Of a stretch of 64,000 nt of DNA, positions 1 to 9,602 are shown one piece after another. The notes under the pieces are model-generated. The model did not search any database, was not told where the DNA came from, and worked only from the letters and a program-made list of their open reading frames with translations. Position 1 is the first letter of the stretch, and every line of letters starts with the position of its first letter. The position numbers were made by a program, and so were the translations under genes. Source of the stretch: Actinomycetes bacterium (GTDB taxonomy: Bacteria; Actinomycetota; Coriobacteriia; Coriobacteriales; UBA8131); contig WRGR01000046.1 in assembly GCA_009787085.1 (NCBI GenBank), positions 11,147 through 75,146 on the forward strand, written 5' to 3'.

Positions 1-1655
1 TGGCGCGGCGAGATATCCATGTACTGCACCCGCTCCGGAGCCACCTCTTCCGGCTCACCGAAGACACCCTGAGCGTCTTTGACCCGACAGAGCACCTTTT
101 TGGCGGGGACAAACTGACCGAGGGCATCATGCACTCCGAAAACGCGACTTTCCTGGTCGAAGCGCTCGTTGGCCTGAGCGATGATGTAATTCTCCTCCTC
201 ATCGGCCGTTAGATAGTCGATGTTGTCGCTCACCTTGCCGTCTGCCACCCGCCGGTAGGGGGCTTCGATAAAGCCGTAGGGGTTGACCAAGGCGTAAGTG
301 GCCAGCGAGCCGATGAGGCCGATGTTTGGGCCTTCAGGCGTCTCTATTGGGCACATCCGACCATAGTGCGAGGTATGCACGTCACGAACATCGATGCCGG
401 CACGCTCACGCGACAGGCCGCCGGGACCTAAGGCCGAGAGGCGGCGTTTGTGGGTGATAGCGGTGGCCAGGTTGGTTTGATCCATGAACTGCGAAAGCTG
501 CGATGAGCCGAAGAATTCCTTGATGGCCGCAACAATCGGGCGGATATTGACCAGCGACTGCGGCGTAATCTCATCCAGCTCCTGAGTGGACATCCGCTCA
601 CGCACCACGCGCTCCATGCGCGAAAGGCCGATACGGAACTGGTTTTGGATCAGTTCGCCCACCGTGCGGATGCGGCGGTTACCAAAATGGTCGATGTCAT
701 CCACCTGGCGCCCCTCGACACCGGCGTGCAGCTCCACCAGATAGCGCATGGTGGCAATAATGTCTTGGCTGTCCAAGGTAGAACTGCTCTCCGGCAGGTC
801 CAGTTTCAGCTTTTTGTTCACCTTATAGCGACCGACCTTGGCCAGATCGTAGCGCTGGACATGGAAGAACAGGCTGTCCAGCAAGGCACGGGCGGCCTCG
901 GGGGTCGGTGGCTCGCCGGGACGCAAACGTCGGTACAGCTCGATCAGCGCCTCCTCGCGGGTGGTGGCTGGATCCTTAGCCAAGGTATTCTCCACCAGCT
1001 CAAATGAACCAAGCATCTTCAATATCTCATCGTTGGAGGAAGCCAACCCCAAAGCTCGCAGCAGCAGGGTAGCCGGCTGCTTGCGTTTGCGGTCGATGCG
1101 CACACTAAGCACGTCACGGCGGTCGGTCTCAAACTCCAGCCAAGCACCGCGGGAGGGGATGACCTTGGCGTTATAGAGCAACTTGCCGGAAGCTTTGTCC
1201 AGCTCCGAGCCGAAATAAACACCGGGAGAACGAACCAGCTGGCTGACCACCACGCGCTCTGTGCCGTGGATGATGAAAGTGCCGTGAGCGGTCATCAGCG
1301 GGAAGTCCCCCATGAAGACGAGCTGTTCTTTGATCTCACCGGTGTCGGTGTTGATCAGGCGGACCTCGGCAAACAGCGGTGCCTGGTAATTTTCATCTTT
1401 GGCCTTGGCCTGGTCGAAGCTGAACTTTGGCTCACCGAACTCGTGATCGCCGAACTCGACCATTAGGTTGCGGGTTGGACTCTCTATCGGAGACATGTCA
1501 TGGAACGCCTCGGCCAAGCCCTTAGTCTTGAACCAGTCAAAGGAATCGATCTGAATTGATATCAGATTAGGGACATCCATAACTTCAGGAATCTTAGCGA
1601 AACTTCTACGCTCTCGATAAAGACTTACAGGAGTGGAAACACTACCTTCGCGCAA
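1..1655 (-). CDS. rpoB: DNA-directed RNA polymerase subunit beta, N-terminal ~551 codons (the rest lies beyond the window start)
   Basis: Absent from the supplied ORF track. My reverse-strand translation gives ...[24 protein letters not shown]... (about 1560-1630) and ...[53 protein letters not shown]... (about 300-460). TTG start at 1655-1653, 6 nt after AAGGAGG (rc of 1662-1668). Confidence 0.9.
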   Translation of the reverse strand, partial: MREGSVSTPVSLYRERRSFAKIPEVMDVPNLISIQIDSFDWFKTKGLAEAFHDMSPIESPTRNLMVEFGDHEFGEPKFSFDQAKAKDENYQAPLFAEVRLINTDTGEIKEQLVFMGDFPLMTAHGTFIIHGTERVVVSQLVRSPGVYFGSELDKASGKLLYNAKVIPSRGAWLEFETDRRDVLSVRIDRKRKQPATLLLRALGLASSNDEILKMLGSFELVENTLAKDPATTREEALIELYRRLRPGEPPTPEAARALLDSLFFHVQRYDLAKVGRYKVNKKLKLDLPESSSTLDSQDIIATMRYLVELHAGVEGRQVDDIDHFGNRRIRTVGELIQNQFRIGLSRMERVVRERMSTQELDEITPQSLVNIRPIVAAIKEFFGSSQLSQFMDQTNLATAITHKRRLSALGPGGLSRERAGIDVRDVHTSHYGRMCPIETPEGPNIGLIGSLATYALVNPYGFIEAPYRRVADGKVSDNIDYLTADEEENYIIAQANERFDQESRVFGVHDALGQFVPAKKVLCRVKDAQGVFGEPEEVAPERVQYMDISPR

Positions 1656-1767
1656 GACAATCCTCCTTATTAGGATATCGCTGAAAAGCAAAAAGGGCGA
1701 GAACACGCAAATGAACAGGATATGCTAAAACCAGTTTCCAGTCAAGTCTTGATTTCATATATTTTTT

Positions 1768-1865
1768 ATCTCTGTTAAACCACCGTTGACACGAACACTT
1801 ATTCGATAAAGGATCCTCCCCTATCATGGACTACTGGGGTATGTCAACGGTGGTTTAACAGAGAT
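1768..1865. repeat. Perfect 24-bp inverted repeat (ATCTCTGTTAAACCACCGTTGACA, 1768-1791 / 1842-1865) with a 50-nt spacer, flanked by T-runs; a second interleaved 10-bp inverted repeat lies at 1794-1803 / 1877-1886
   Basis: Checked base by base. Each arm contains TTGACA. It sits about 110-210 nt upstream of the rpoB start. Confidence 0.9.
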
Positions 1866-1939
1866 TTTTTTGTCTAAATAAGTGTTGACAATCCATCCTT
1901 GCGGGATTGGGGCGATTCGCCCCCAAGGAGCGGGACGCC

Positions 1940-2232
1940 CTAGCGGCCCATGGAGACCGGGGCATCAGCGCTGAGCACCCCGGACTTGGGCACCGTGGTG
2001 CTGTAGCTGCCGTACCTGTCGCCTAGACGGTAGTTGTCGTCATCCTTGTCATCGTCCCACGCCAGGATGGGGATCTCGTCCACCTTCTCGCCGACGTACT
2101 CCGGGAACCTGGCGGCGGCTGTAGCACCAGCTGGCCAGAATCGCTGCCGGGGGGTGCCGTTGCCCCCTGGCCGCATGCGACCAGGGCGAGGGGCAGCAGC
2201 GTCAATGCCGGTATCGCGAAAATCTTCCTCAT
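1940..2232 (-). pseudogene. Small lipoprotein with an apparent -1 frameshift at a homopolymer
   Basis: AAGGAGGG lies 5 nt upstream of the ATG at 2232. MRKIFAIPALTLLPLALVAC has a lipobox. The protein-like C-terminus (...RFPEYVGEKVDEIPILAWDDDKDDDNYRLGDRYGSYSTTVPKSGVLSADAPVSMGR*) is in another frame (ORF 1940..2176). One extra base in the C5 run (2163-2167) or the G6 run (2149-2154) restores a single 97-codon ORF. Confidence 0.65.
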
Positions 2233-2279
2233 GGTTCCCTCCTTACTGGGACAGGGCTCGGCGATAGGCACGACCGTGC

Positions 2280-2849
2280 TCACTTCGCCTTGATGCCGCT
2301 CATCATGATCTTGTATATCTGCGCAGCATCGCCACCCCACTTCTTTGCCCATGTCTTCTCGTCGCCAGCCCGGTATTTTGGCCTCTCGTAGTCGTTGCAG
2401 AGGCTGACCCCGGCGCTGTTCGCAGCGGCCGAGGAGGCCAGTCTGGAGCGGTTGTCCTTTTCCCATTTGGGGTAGATGGCTCTGTAATCTTTCGTGTTGG
2501 ACAACTCATAATATATCATGGCCATTTCGGCCGCCATCACCTGGTCGTAGTTGACCGCCACATACCCTGACTCATCCCGTGTCCCGTGACCTATGTACTC
2601 CTCCACGAGTTTGAGGGTGCGCCCGAACGTCCATTGGACGGCGCCGAGGCCGAAGCCGACCCGCGAGCCGCCGATGACCCAAGTGCCGTTGCTCTGCTGG
2701 TTGAGCGTGTCCAGCAGGCCGTAGACGCTGAGCAAGGTCTTGGCGCTGGAGTTGAAGTTGTAGATGTACTGGCTGGGGTGCAGGCACCGGCCTTGGCCAC
2801 CGACGCCCGATGAGCGGCAGGGGGCGGAGGCAAGATGTGCCCCCGGCAC
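2280..2849 (-). CDS. Phage-tail-tip-lysozyme-like (Phage_lysozyme2-type) peptidoglycan hydrolase domain protein; the N-terminus is uncertain and no signal peptide is seen
   Basis: ORF translation: ...AKTLLSVYGLLDTLNQQSNG...GFGLGAVQWTFGRT...CNDYERP.... This resembles, from memory, the GLLGN..ES../GLGLxQWT/..FErP pattern of that family. Confidence 0.5.
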   Translation of the reverse strand: MPGAHLASAPCRSSGVGGQGRCLHPSQYIYNFNSSAKTLLSVYGLLDTLNQQSNGTWVIGGSRVGFGLGAVQWTFGRTLKLVEEYIGHGTRDESGYVAVNYDQVMAAEMAMIYYELSNTKDYRAIYPKWEKDNRSRLASSAAANSAGVSLCNDYERPKYRAGDEKTWAKKWGGDAAQIYKIMMSGIKAK

Positions 2850-3000
2850 CGGCGTGGGCCTTTGGGGAAGCGCCGGGGTCCGTCATTGCGGCCACAGTGT
2901 CAAATCGGCGCTTCCATTAACAACTCGATGTAATGCTACATACATATGGAGAATAACATCAAAATCCTAGGGAAGCACTGACTAGGCTAAGAACCGCTGA

Positions 3001-3984
3001 TCAGGCCAGCTGCGCGAGCTGCTCTTTGGTGGCTGCTGCCGCCTGGCGCAGCGCTTGCAGCTCCGTGTCTTCCAGCTCCAGCTGGACGATTTCACGGATT
3101 CCCTCGGAGCCAAGGCGCACTGGAACCCCTAAGTTGATGCCGCCAATACCGTATTCCCCCTGCAGGCGGGCACAAACAGAGAGCACCTTGCCGCTGGGAC
3201 ACAGCACCTCGCTGACCATGGCAGCAATGGATGCGGCGGGGGCATAGAAGGCCGAACCGGTCTGGAGCATCTCGACCACGGCAGCACCACCGTTGACGGT
3301 GTCCTTGACCACGGCGGCAATGTCTGCGGCGCTCAAGCGCTCGGCCAGCGGCGCACCCGCCACCTTGGCCAGGCGCGGCAAGGGCAGCATCGCCTCGCCG
3401 TGGGCGCCGATCACCAGCGCTTCGACGTCTGTCGGTTCGCAGCCACAGCGCGCCGCGATATAGTGGGCGAAGCGCGCCGAGTCCAAAACGCCGCCCATGC
3501 CGAAAAGGCGGGCGGGGCCAAGGCCGGCGTAGCCGAAAGCCAAGTTGACCATAATATCCAAAGGGTTGGTGACCAGCAGGTAAAGGGCATTGGGGGCAAC
3601 GGCCAGGCAGCCGTCAAGCACCGAGCGGACAATGCCAGCGTTCACCGTGAGCAGGTCCTCGCGGGTCATGCCCGGCTTGCGCGGCACGCCAGCAGTGACA
3701 ATGACGATATCGCTGTCCTTAGCATCAGCGTATTCACCACTGCCGAAAACCCGGGGCGCAAAGCCCTCCGCCGCCTTCATGTGCAGCAGATCCAGCGCCT
3801 TGCCACGTGCCAAGCCGTCGGCAATGTCGATCAGCACCACGTTGGCCAAACCGCGCTCCAGCAGCAACTGGGCGGTAGTGGCGCCAACGTTGCCGGCACC
3901 GATCACACTGATCTTAGGGAGGGTCATCCAAACTGGATCCATGAGGCGCATCACCTTCTCCTTCTTCTTTGGGTTCACAGGCAT
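3001..3984 (-). CDS. mdh: Malate dehydrogenase (LDH-like MDH family); the start may be the internal ATG at 3927
   Basis: KISVIGAGNVG Rossmann motif. TAGVPRKPGMTREDLL has Arg at the substrate-discriminating position, which indicates MDH rather than LDH. GAHG catalytic His region is present. Confidence 0.85.
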   Translation of the reverse strand: MPVNPKKKEKVMRLMDPVWMTLPKISVIGAGNVGATTAQLLLERGLANVVLIDIADGLARGKALDLLHMKAAEGFAPRVFGSGEYADAKDSDIVIVTAGVPRKPGMTREDLLTVNAGIVRSVLDGCLAVAPNALYLLVTNPLDIMVNLAFGYAGLGPARLFGMGGVLDSARFAHYIAARCGCEPTDVEALVIGAHGEAMLPLPRLAKVAGAPLAERLSAADIAAVVKDTVNGGAAVVEMLQTGSAFYAPAASIAAMVSEVLCPSGKVLSVCARLQGEYGIGGINLGVPVRLGSEGIREIVQLELEDTELQALRQAAAATKEQLAQLA

Positions 3985-4012
3985 TGGCTATAAGCCGACC
4001 AAGCAAACAACA

Positions 4013-6721
4013 TCAAGCCATGTCGGCAGATGGTGCCTCGTCGGCAGCCTGATCGTTTGCGGCTACTTTGGGCTTGGCCGCCGTTTTGGCCTTGCTCGCC
4101 GTTTTGCTGGCCGCCTTGGGCTTGGCTGCGGCCTTGGCTGCGGGCTTAGCGGCGGCCTTGGCCTTGGGCTTGGCCGCGGCCTTGGCCTTGGGCTTGGCGG
4201 CGGCCTTGGCCTTGGGCTTGGCGGCGGCCTTGGCCTCAGCTCTTTCCAGGTTCTGAGGGCAGTTCGGGTTAGGGCAAAGCTCCCAAGGCCCGCGATAGGT
4301 CTGCACCACCACATGAGGGGCACCACAGGCCTCACAGACTTTATCCGTAGCCGTCAGCTTGCCGCGTTGCGGCAACGGGTAGGATGTGTCACAGGTTTCG
4401 TAGTTGGTGCAGCGGACGAAGCGCTTCAAAGTACGCGGATTTTTCTGGGCGATCAGCACGCCGCCTTCTTGGCCTGCAGCAGCACAGGTCGGGCAGCTGC
4501 CGATGGGCAGGTCGGGTTCGAAGTTGGTAGTACAGAGGGGGTCAACGCAGTGCAATAGCGGCTTGGAGCGGAAGGGGGTCACTTTGACCTGTGGCTTGCC
4601 GCAGGTCGGGCAGAGCTCCTCCACCGACTCAATGCGGCCCTGGGGAACCGGGTACGTCACCTCGCACTCCGGCCAGCCGGAGCAGCCGATGAAGTTGCCA
4701 CGGGTTTTGGCCGAGCTCTTCAACAACAGGTCCTTGCCGCAGGCCGGGCAGGCACCAACCCGGGCATCGGCCGTCACGGCATCGCTTAATGCCTCCCCCA
4801 CCTCGTCTTTGGCGGGGATCAGCTCTTCCATGATGTCGGCCAAAAGGCGGCGGGAATGCCCCACCACCGCATCGCGGTCGCTGCCGCCGGCAGCGATGGA
4901 GCTCATCTCCTCCTCTAGGTTGGCGGTCATTTCCGGGGTAGTGATCGGCGGCGCAAAGCGCCCCAGCGCCTCGGCCACCGCTTGTCCTAGGGCAGTCGGC
5001 TCCAGTGGATCACCGACCACATAACGCACTTCGATCAACCGCTCGATGATCGAGGCACGGGTGGACTTGGTTCCCAACCCGAGCTTCTCCATCTGCTGGA
5101 TCAAGCGGCCCTGCGAGTAGCGAGCCGGTGGCTCGGTCTGCTTGTGTTCCATGGTGGCGCCACAGAAGGCGATCTGCTGGCCGGTCTGCAAACGCGGCAG
5201 CTGTTCGTCTTTCTTCAAGCCATAAGGGTAGATGCCACGAAAGCCGGGGCTCACCAGCACATCGCCGCGGGCGACAAAAACCTCGCCGGCCACGTCCAAG
5301 CCGACCTTGGTGCCCTCTACCACGGCCGCCGCAGAAAGCGTGGCCATAAACCGTCTGGCCACCAAGTTATAAAGCTTCCACTCCTCAGGACGCAGCCTGT
5401 CCATATCACCGGCGCCAGTGGGGTAGATCGGCGGGTGGTCGGTGGTCTCGGTCTTGCCCCGAGTGGCCTTGAGCTGCGGCTGTTTCAGCAGCTGTTGAGC
5501 GTAGGCGGCGTAGACTGGCACAGCAGCCAACATCCGCAGACTGTCCTTGAAGTCCAGAGAGGCCGGATAGACCGTGTTGTCAACACGGGGATAAGAGATC
5601 AAGCCGGCCATGTACAACGACTCGGCAATACGCATGCAACGCCCGGGGTTTAAGCCCTCAGCGGCTGCCGCCGCTTGCAAGGCGGTGGTGTTGAAGGGGG
5701 TCGGCGGCGGCACCCGGCGCTGTTTGGTCTCGATGGTGCTGACCGTCGCGGTATCTGCCCCTTCGATCTGCTGCATCACCGCAGCGGCTTCGGCTTCGAC
5801 CTTGAAGCGGTCTTTGGCATGCCCAGCCTCGAAGGCTTGGCCGTTGGAGTCGTCCCCAACGGCAGCCGCCGAGGCCTCAAAGCGCTCGCAAGCGGCATCA
5901 AAACGCCCTTTGACCAGCCAGTAATCTTCAGGCACAAACGCTCGGCGCTCATCTTCGCGGGCGACGATCAGTGCCAAGGTAGGCGTTTGCACCCGCCCCG
6001 AGGGGCGTACCCGCCCAAATCCGGAGAGACGCGCAAGGGTCAGGTAGCGGGTCAGCACCGCACCCCAGATCAGATCGATCCACTGGCGGGACTCACCGGC
6101 TGCGGCCAAGGCGAAGTCCAGTTCGCTCAGCCCGGCAAAGGCCTGGCTGATCTCCGCTTTGGAGAAAGCCGAGTAGCGCGCCCGGGTAGCTGGAATATCC
6201 GGTGCCACCTCGCGAACGATGGCCAGTGCGTCGGCGCCGATCAGCTCGCCCTCACGGTCGTAGTCGGTAGCGATCACCACGCTTTCGGCCTTAGCCGCCA
6301 AGTTCTTCAATGACCGGATGATGCCCTTCTCCGCCGGTGTCTTGACCAACGGTGAATACACCAGATAGGGAAGCGCATCCAACTTCCAGCCTTTGAGATC
6401 AACACCGTCTTCCAAAAAGGGCTTACGCTTTTTAAAGGGCGGCTTGGCCAGCCCGTCAGGGATGCTCGCCGCCAACAGCTCACCGTGCTCATCGAGCGCC
6501 GACCAGCCCCGGCTTTTGCGGTAGATCAGTTGGATAGGGAAATCCAGTGCCAGAATATGGCCGCGCAGCCCAATGGCCACCCATTCTGCGTCATCCCGCT
6601 GAAAGCGGTAGACCGGCGTGTCGTAGACTTTGTCGACCGTGGCCAGACCGTTGGCCAAAAGCTCGGCGATCTTTTTTGCCGCATCGTTTTTCTCAGTTAT
6701 CACTAGGTGCACTAAAAACAA
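4013..6721 (-). CDS. topA: DNA topoisomerase I with C-terminal Zn-ribbon repeats and a Lys/Ala-rich tail
   Basis: 902-aa ORF with a TOPRIM N-terminus (ATDYDREGE), SYPRVD near the catalytic Tyr, several CxxC...CxxC zinc ribbons and an AKPKAKAA tail. Confidence 0.95.
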   Translation of the reverse strand: MFLVHLVITEKNDAAKKIAELLANGLATVDKVYDTPVYRFQRDDAEWVAIGLRGHILALDFPIQLIYRKSRGWSALDEHGELLAASIPDGLAKPPFKKRKPFLEDGVDLKGWKLDALPYLVYSPLVKTPAEKGIIRSLKNLAAKAESVVIATDYDREGELIGADALAIVREVAPDIPATRARYSAFSKAEISQAFAGLSELDFALAAAGESRQWIDLIWGAVLTRYLTLARLSGFGRVRPSGRVQTPTLALIVAREDERRAFVPEDYWLVKGRFDAACERFEASAAAVGDDSNGQAFEAGHAKDRFKVEAEAAAVMQQIEGADTATVSTIETKQRRVPPPTPFNTTALQAAAAAEGLNPGRCMRIAESLYMAGLISYPRVDNTVYPASLDFKDSLRMLAAVPVYAAYAQQLLKQPQLKATRGKTETTDHPPIYPTGAGDMDRLRPEEWKLYNLVARRFMATLSAAAVVEGTKVGLDVAGEVFVARGDVLVSPGFRGIYPYGLKKDEQLPRLQTGQQIAFCGATMEHKQTEPPARYSQGRLIQQMEKLGLGTKSTRASIIERLIEVRYVVGDPLEPTALGQAVAEALGRFAPPITTPEMTANLEEEMSSIAAGGSDRDAVVGHSRRLLADIMEELIPAKDEVGEALSDAVTADARVGACPACGKDLLLKSSAKTRGNFIGCSGWPECEVTYPVPQGRIESVEELCPTCGKPQVKVTPFRSKPLLHCVDPLCTTNFEPDLPIGSCPTCAAAGQEGGVLIAQKNPRTLKRFVRCTNYETCDTSYPLPQRGKLTATDKVCEACGAPHVVVQTYRGPWELCPNPNCPQNLERAEAKAAAKPKAKAAAKPKAKAAAKPKAKAAAKPAAKAAAKPKAASKTASKAKTAAKPKVAANDQAADEAPSADMA
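4152..4237 (-). repeat. In-frame 24-bp tandem repeat (~3.6 copies) encoding the (AAKPKAKA)n tail of TopA
   Basis: Units gcggccttggccttgggcttggcS at 4152, 4176, 4200 and 4224, read directly. Confidence 0.85.
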
Positions 6722-6755
6722 CCTTTCATCAGTTCTTGTTTTCGTTATCCTATCG

Positions 6756-7412
6756 TTATCCTACAACGCTTTGCATCTGCTTGGCAAGCCATTCGCACCA
6801 AGCATCAACGCCTTGGCCACTGGTGGCGCTGAGGGCAAAGACCGGTGCCTGGGGGTTCAAGGCGGCAACCGAGGATAAGAAAGCCTGCTCGTCGAAGTTG
6901 AAAACCGGCATGGTGTCTACCTTGTTCAGCACCACTGCCCGGGAGATCTCGAAGATAGCCGGATACTTCAGGGCCTTGTCGTCGCCTTCCGGCACCGAAA
7001 GGATCATCACTTTGGCGTTCTCCCCGAGGTCGAACTCGGTGGGACAGACCAAGTTGCCAACGTTCTCCACAATGATCAGGTCAAGCGCCTGTAAATCCAG
7101 GGCATCCAAGGCCCGGGCTATCATGGCGCTCTCCAGATGGCAGGCACCACCCGTGTTGATCTGCACTGCTGGCACACCGGCGGCTTTGACCTTCTGGGCA
7201 TCGACATCCGAAGCGATGTCGCCTTCGATCACCGCGACATTGAAACGCTTGGCCAGCCGTTCGATAGTCGCTAGGATAGTGGAGGTCTTACCAGCTCCGG
7301 GCGAGGCCATCAAATCAAGCAGATAGACGTGGTGAGCAGCCAGCCGCTCACGGTTGGCAGTAGCCTGACGGTCGTTATGCGCCAGAATGGGCTGAGACAT
7401 CTCAATTTGCAC
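6756..7412 (-). CDS. hypB: Hydrogenase nickel-incorporation GTPase HypB
   Basis: GSPGAGKT-type P-loop (SPGAGKTS), ...ENVGNLVCP..., NKVD motif. Confidence 0.9.
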   Translation of the reverse strand: MQIEMSQPILAHNDRQATANRERLAAHHVYLLDLMASPGAGKTSTILATIERLAKRFNVAVIEGDIASDVDAQKVKAAGVPAVQINTGGACHLESAMIARALDALDLQALDLIIVENVGNLVCPTEFDLGENAKVMILSVPEGDDKALKYPAIFEISRAVVLNKVDTMPVFNFDEQAFLSSVAALNPQAPVFALSATSGQGVDAWCEWLAKQMQSVVG

Positions 7413-7430
7413 AGGTTACCTCAATTCGCA

Positions 7431-7793
7431 TCATTGCTTGCTTTCCGCATCATTCTCTACTTCTATAAAGTCGATATACAGCTCACGACCAGAGATCAGC
7501 TCGCAGGACAAGGCATCGCAAGCCGGGCAGGTGCGGTGGTAGCGGTCATGGTCGAACTCCATCCCACAGGCCAAACAGCGAGAGCGCGGCTGGCGCAACT
7601 CTATCGACAGCGCACTGCCCTCAGCCATGGTACCAGGGCTTAAAGCCTCCATAGCGAACTCCATCGCCTCTGGCAGCACATCGCTCATCGTGCCGATGAC
7701 CAAGCGTATCGAGGTAATGCGCAGCGCTTCGACCGCCCGGGCGCTTTCCTCTGCCTGCTCCAGCACACTGGCCATCAACGAGAACTCATGCAT
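7431..7793 (-). CDS. hypA: Hydrogenase maturation nickel metallochaperone HypA
   Basis: MHEFS N-terminus and paired CxxC motifs (CLACG ... CPACD). Confidence 0.9.
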   Translation of the reverse strand: MHEFSLMASVLEQAEESARAVEALRITSIRLVIGTMSDVLPEAMEFAMEALSPGTMAEGSALSIELRQPRSRCLACGMEFDHDRYHRTCPACDALSCELISGRELYIDFIEVENDAESKQ

Positions 7794-7802
7794 CGCCGCC
7801 GG

Positions 7803-8645
7803 TCATTGCCCTTCCGCATCGTCTTCTGACTCGTCTTTATACCCGTCTTCGGCCTCGGCCTCCAAGCGTGCCATGCGCCGTCGCAGCACCAGCCGGGAGA
7901 TAAACAACGACCCCTCATAAAGCGCAGTCATTGCGGCGAACATCAGTATCATGGTGATCGGGCTAGCATCCGGGGTAACGACGGCCGAAACCACCATCAG
8001 CACCACATAGACCACCCGCCAAGAGGCCCGCAGCTTCTTGTAGGGGATGATATTGAAAACAGTGAGATAAAAGACCACCAAGGGCAACTCGAAAGCCACT
8101 CCGAAGCCGATCTCGAAAAGCAGTATGGTGTTGACATAGGCATCGGCGAAGGGCAGTACGTGGCCGACATCCTCGGCTTGGGCGATCAGCCATTGGAAGG
8201 CGGGGTCAAGGATCACCAAGTAGCAAAAGACCGCCCCTAGGCAAAACAGGGCAATGGCAGCAAAGAAGGTAGGGATCACCCACTTGCGCTCATTGGGCCG
8301 CAAAGCCGGGTTGAAGAAGCCGAGCACTTGCCAAATCCAAACCGGCGAGGTGACGAAGAGGGCGAAGACCAGCGACACCTTGAAACGCAGAGCAAAGGCC
8401 CCGAAGACATCACTGAAGTTTAAGACTTGATGTTCGTGCAGCGAGGTAGCATTGACCAACAAGGGGGTTATCTCTGGCTTGGTGATATATTCCAAGATCG
8501 GGCGGACAAGGATGTAAATCAACTCCGGCGCAACAAAGTAAAGACCGCAGGCAGCAAGGACCAGGGCAGCTACAGACACTGTCAGCCGCCGCCGCAGCTC
8601 ACTCAAGTGGTCAAAAAGGGGCATTTTTGCCGGTCCGATAGGCAT
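7803..8645 (-). CDS. tatC: Twin-arginine translocase subunit TatC
   Basis: Polytopic membrane ORF beginning ...MPLFDHLSELRRRL..., typical of TatC. Confidence 0.9.
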   Translation of the reverse strand: MPIGPAKMPLFDHLSELRRRLTVSVAALVLAACGLYFVAPELIYILVRPILEYITKPEITPLLVNATSLHEHQVLNFSDVFGAFALRFKVSLVFALFVTSPVWIWQVLGFFNPALRPNERKWVIPTFFAAIALFCLGAVFCYLVILDPAFQWLIAQAEDVGHVLPFADAYVNTILLFEIGFGVAFELPLVVFYLTVFNIIPYKKLRASWRVVYVVLMVVSAVVTPDASPITMILMFAAMTALYEGSLFISRLVLRRRMARLEAEAEDGYKDESEDDAEGQ

Positions 8646-8657
8646 GGCTCTGGCCGC

Positions 8658-9260
8658 TTACTCGGAATCGGACGCTTTTGTTGCGCCTGATTCCGCCTCT
8701 CTCCGCTCACTGGACACGCGCTCGGCATGCTCGCGCTCCAAACGCGCCCGGCGCTCGGCGAAGCTTTCCTTAGAAGCCTTCTCGGCAACATCTGCGGTGG
8801 CAATGGTTGCGCCCTCGGCGGTATCAGCGGCACAGACCCCAACGGCGGCGGCTCCAGCAGCAGCAGCCTTCTCAGCCTTCTGGCGACTTTTCTCTGCCTC
8901 ACGCCTAACAGCTGCCTTCAGCTGGTCCGGACTAGGCTTGGCCTTCTCCCCGCCTGCCTCAGCAGCACCGCCTTCGCTTAGCGGGCCAGTGACCGCATCT
9001 GTCTGGCCAACGGTCTCGTCGGTATCTTTCGTAAGGCCATCCAAGCTAAGACCGGCAAACGGGTTGACCAGCGGCTCCAAGTCTTTAATGGGATCATAAA
9101 CCTCGGTTTTGATCACCCTATTCACCTCAGCTTGGGCATTGCGGAACTGGCGGATGACCCGCCCGACAGTACGGGCGATACCGGGAAGCTTGTCCGGCCC
9201 AAAAATCAGGAAACCGAAAATCAAGATTATCGCTATTTCTGTTCCACCAAGGCCGAACAA
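8658..9260 (-). CDS. tatA: Twin-arginine translocase TatA/TatB-family protein with a long acidic/Ala-rich tail
   Basis: MFGLGGTEIAIILIFGFLIFGPDKLPGIARTVGRVIRQFR N-terminus. Confidence 0.8.
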   Translation of the reverse strand: MFGLGGTEIAIILIFGFLIFGPDKLPGIARTVGRVIRQFRNAQAEVNRVIKTEVYDPIKDLEPLVNPFAGLSLDGLTKDTDETVGQTDAVTGPLSEGGAAEAGGEKAKPSPDQLKAAVRREAEKSRQKAEKAAAAGAAAVGVCAADTAEGATIATADVAEKASKESFAERRARLEREHAERVSSERREAESGATKASDSE

Positions 9261-9301
9261 AGTCTGTCTTCACCTCTCCTGTGCGCCGAAAACAGCATCC
9301 A

Positions 9302-9598
9302 TCATTGGACACCATCTGTAATTGGAACTTGCTGATCAGAAAGACCTGCATCCTGCTGGCTGGCATCCGGGTTGTTGCCATCGGCTGGGCTTTTCGAAGA
9401 ACAACTGGCAGTGGCAATGCCAGCCATCGGCAGCATCAAGCCGATGGCCAATACCGCACTGATTATGATCAGAACGATCCTCTTGTGCAAGGGCAGCTTC
9501 CGAACACCGTCATGCCCAGGGGCTACCTGTGTGACACGAGCCTTCTCTTTCGAGGGCGGGCCACCCTTCTTTCCAGACGATCCCTTACTCTTGGCCAT
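9302..9598 (-). CDS. Hypothetical small single-pass membrane protein
   Basis: Basic N-terminus, one TM helix (IVLIIISAVLAIGLMLPMAGIA) and an acidic tail. The sequence is plausible but I do not recognise it. Confidence 0.4.
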   Translation of the reverse strand: MAKSKGSSGKKGGPPSKEKARVTQVAPGHDGVRKLPLHKRIVLIIISAVLAIGLMLPMAGIATASCSSKSPADGNNPDASQQDAGLSDQQVPITDGVQ

Positions 9599-9602
9599 GC
9601 CG

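Noticed and set aside
4068-4256. Tandem repeats (here, and at 16339-16407, 45015-45104 and 50250-50315) as possible CRISPR arrays.
   Set aside because: All are short in-frame coding repeats without unique spacers, and no cas genes are present. There is no CRISPR array in the window.
3590-4558. Long plus-strand ORF (322 aa) antisense to mdh/topA. Similar long antisense ORFs occur at 16135-17244, 24077-25039, 32345-33277, 27700-28341 and 50652-51740.
   Set aside because: All lie opposite strongly recognisable genes and have Arg/Gly/Ala/Pro-rich, low-complexity translations. This is typical of shadow ORFs in high-GC DNA.
6756-7793. hypA/hypB without adjacent hydrogenase structural genes, as an orphan maturation module.
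   Set aside because: This cannot be judged from a 64-kb window, because hydrogenase genes may lie elsewhere in the genome.
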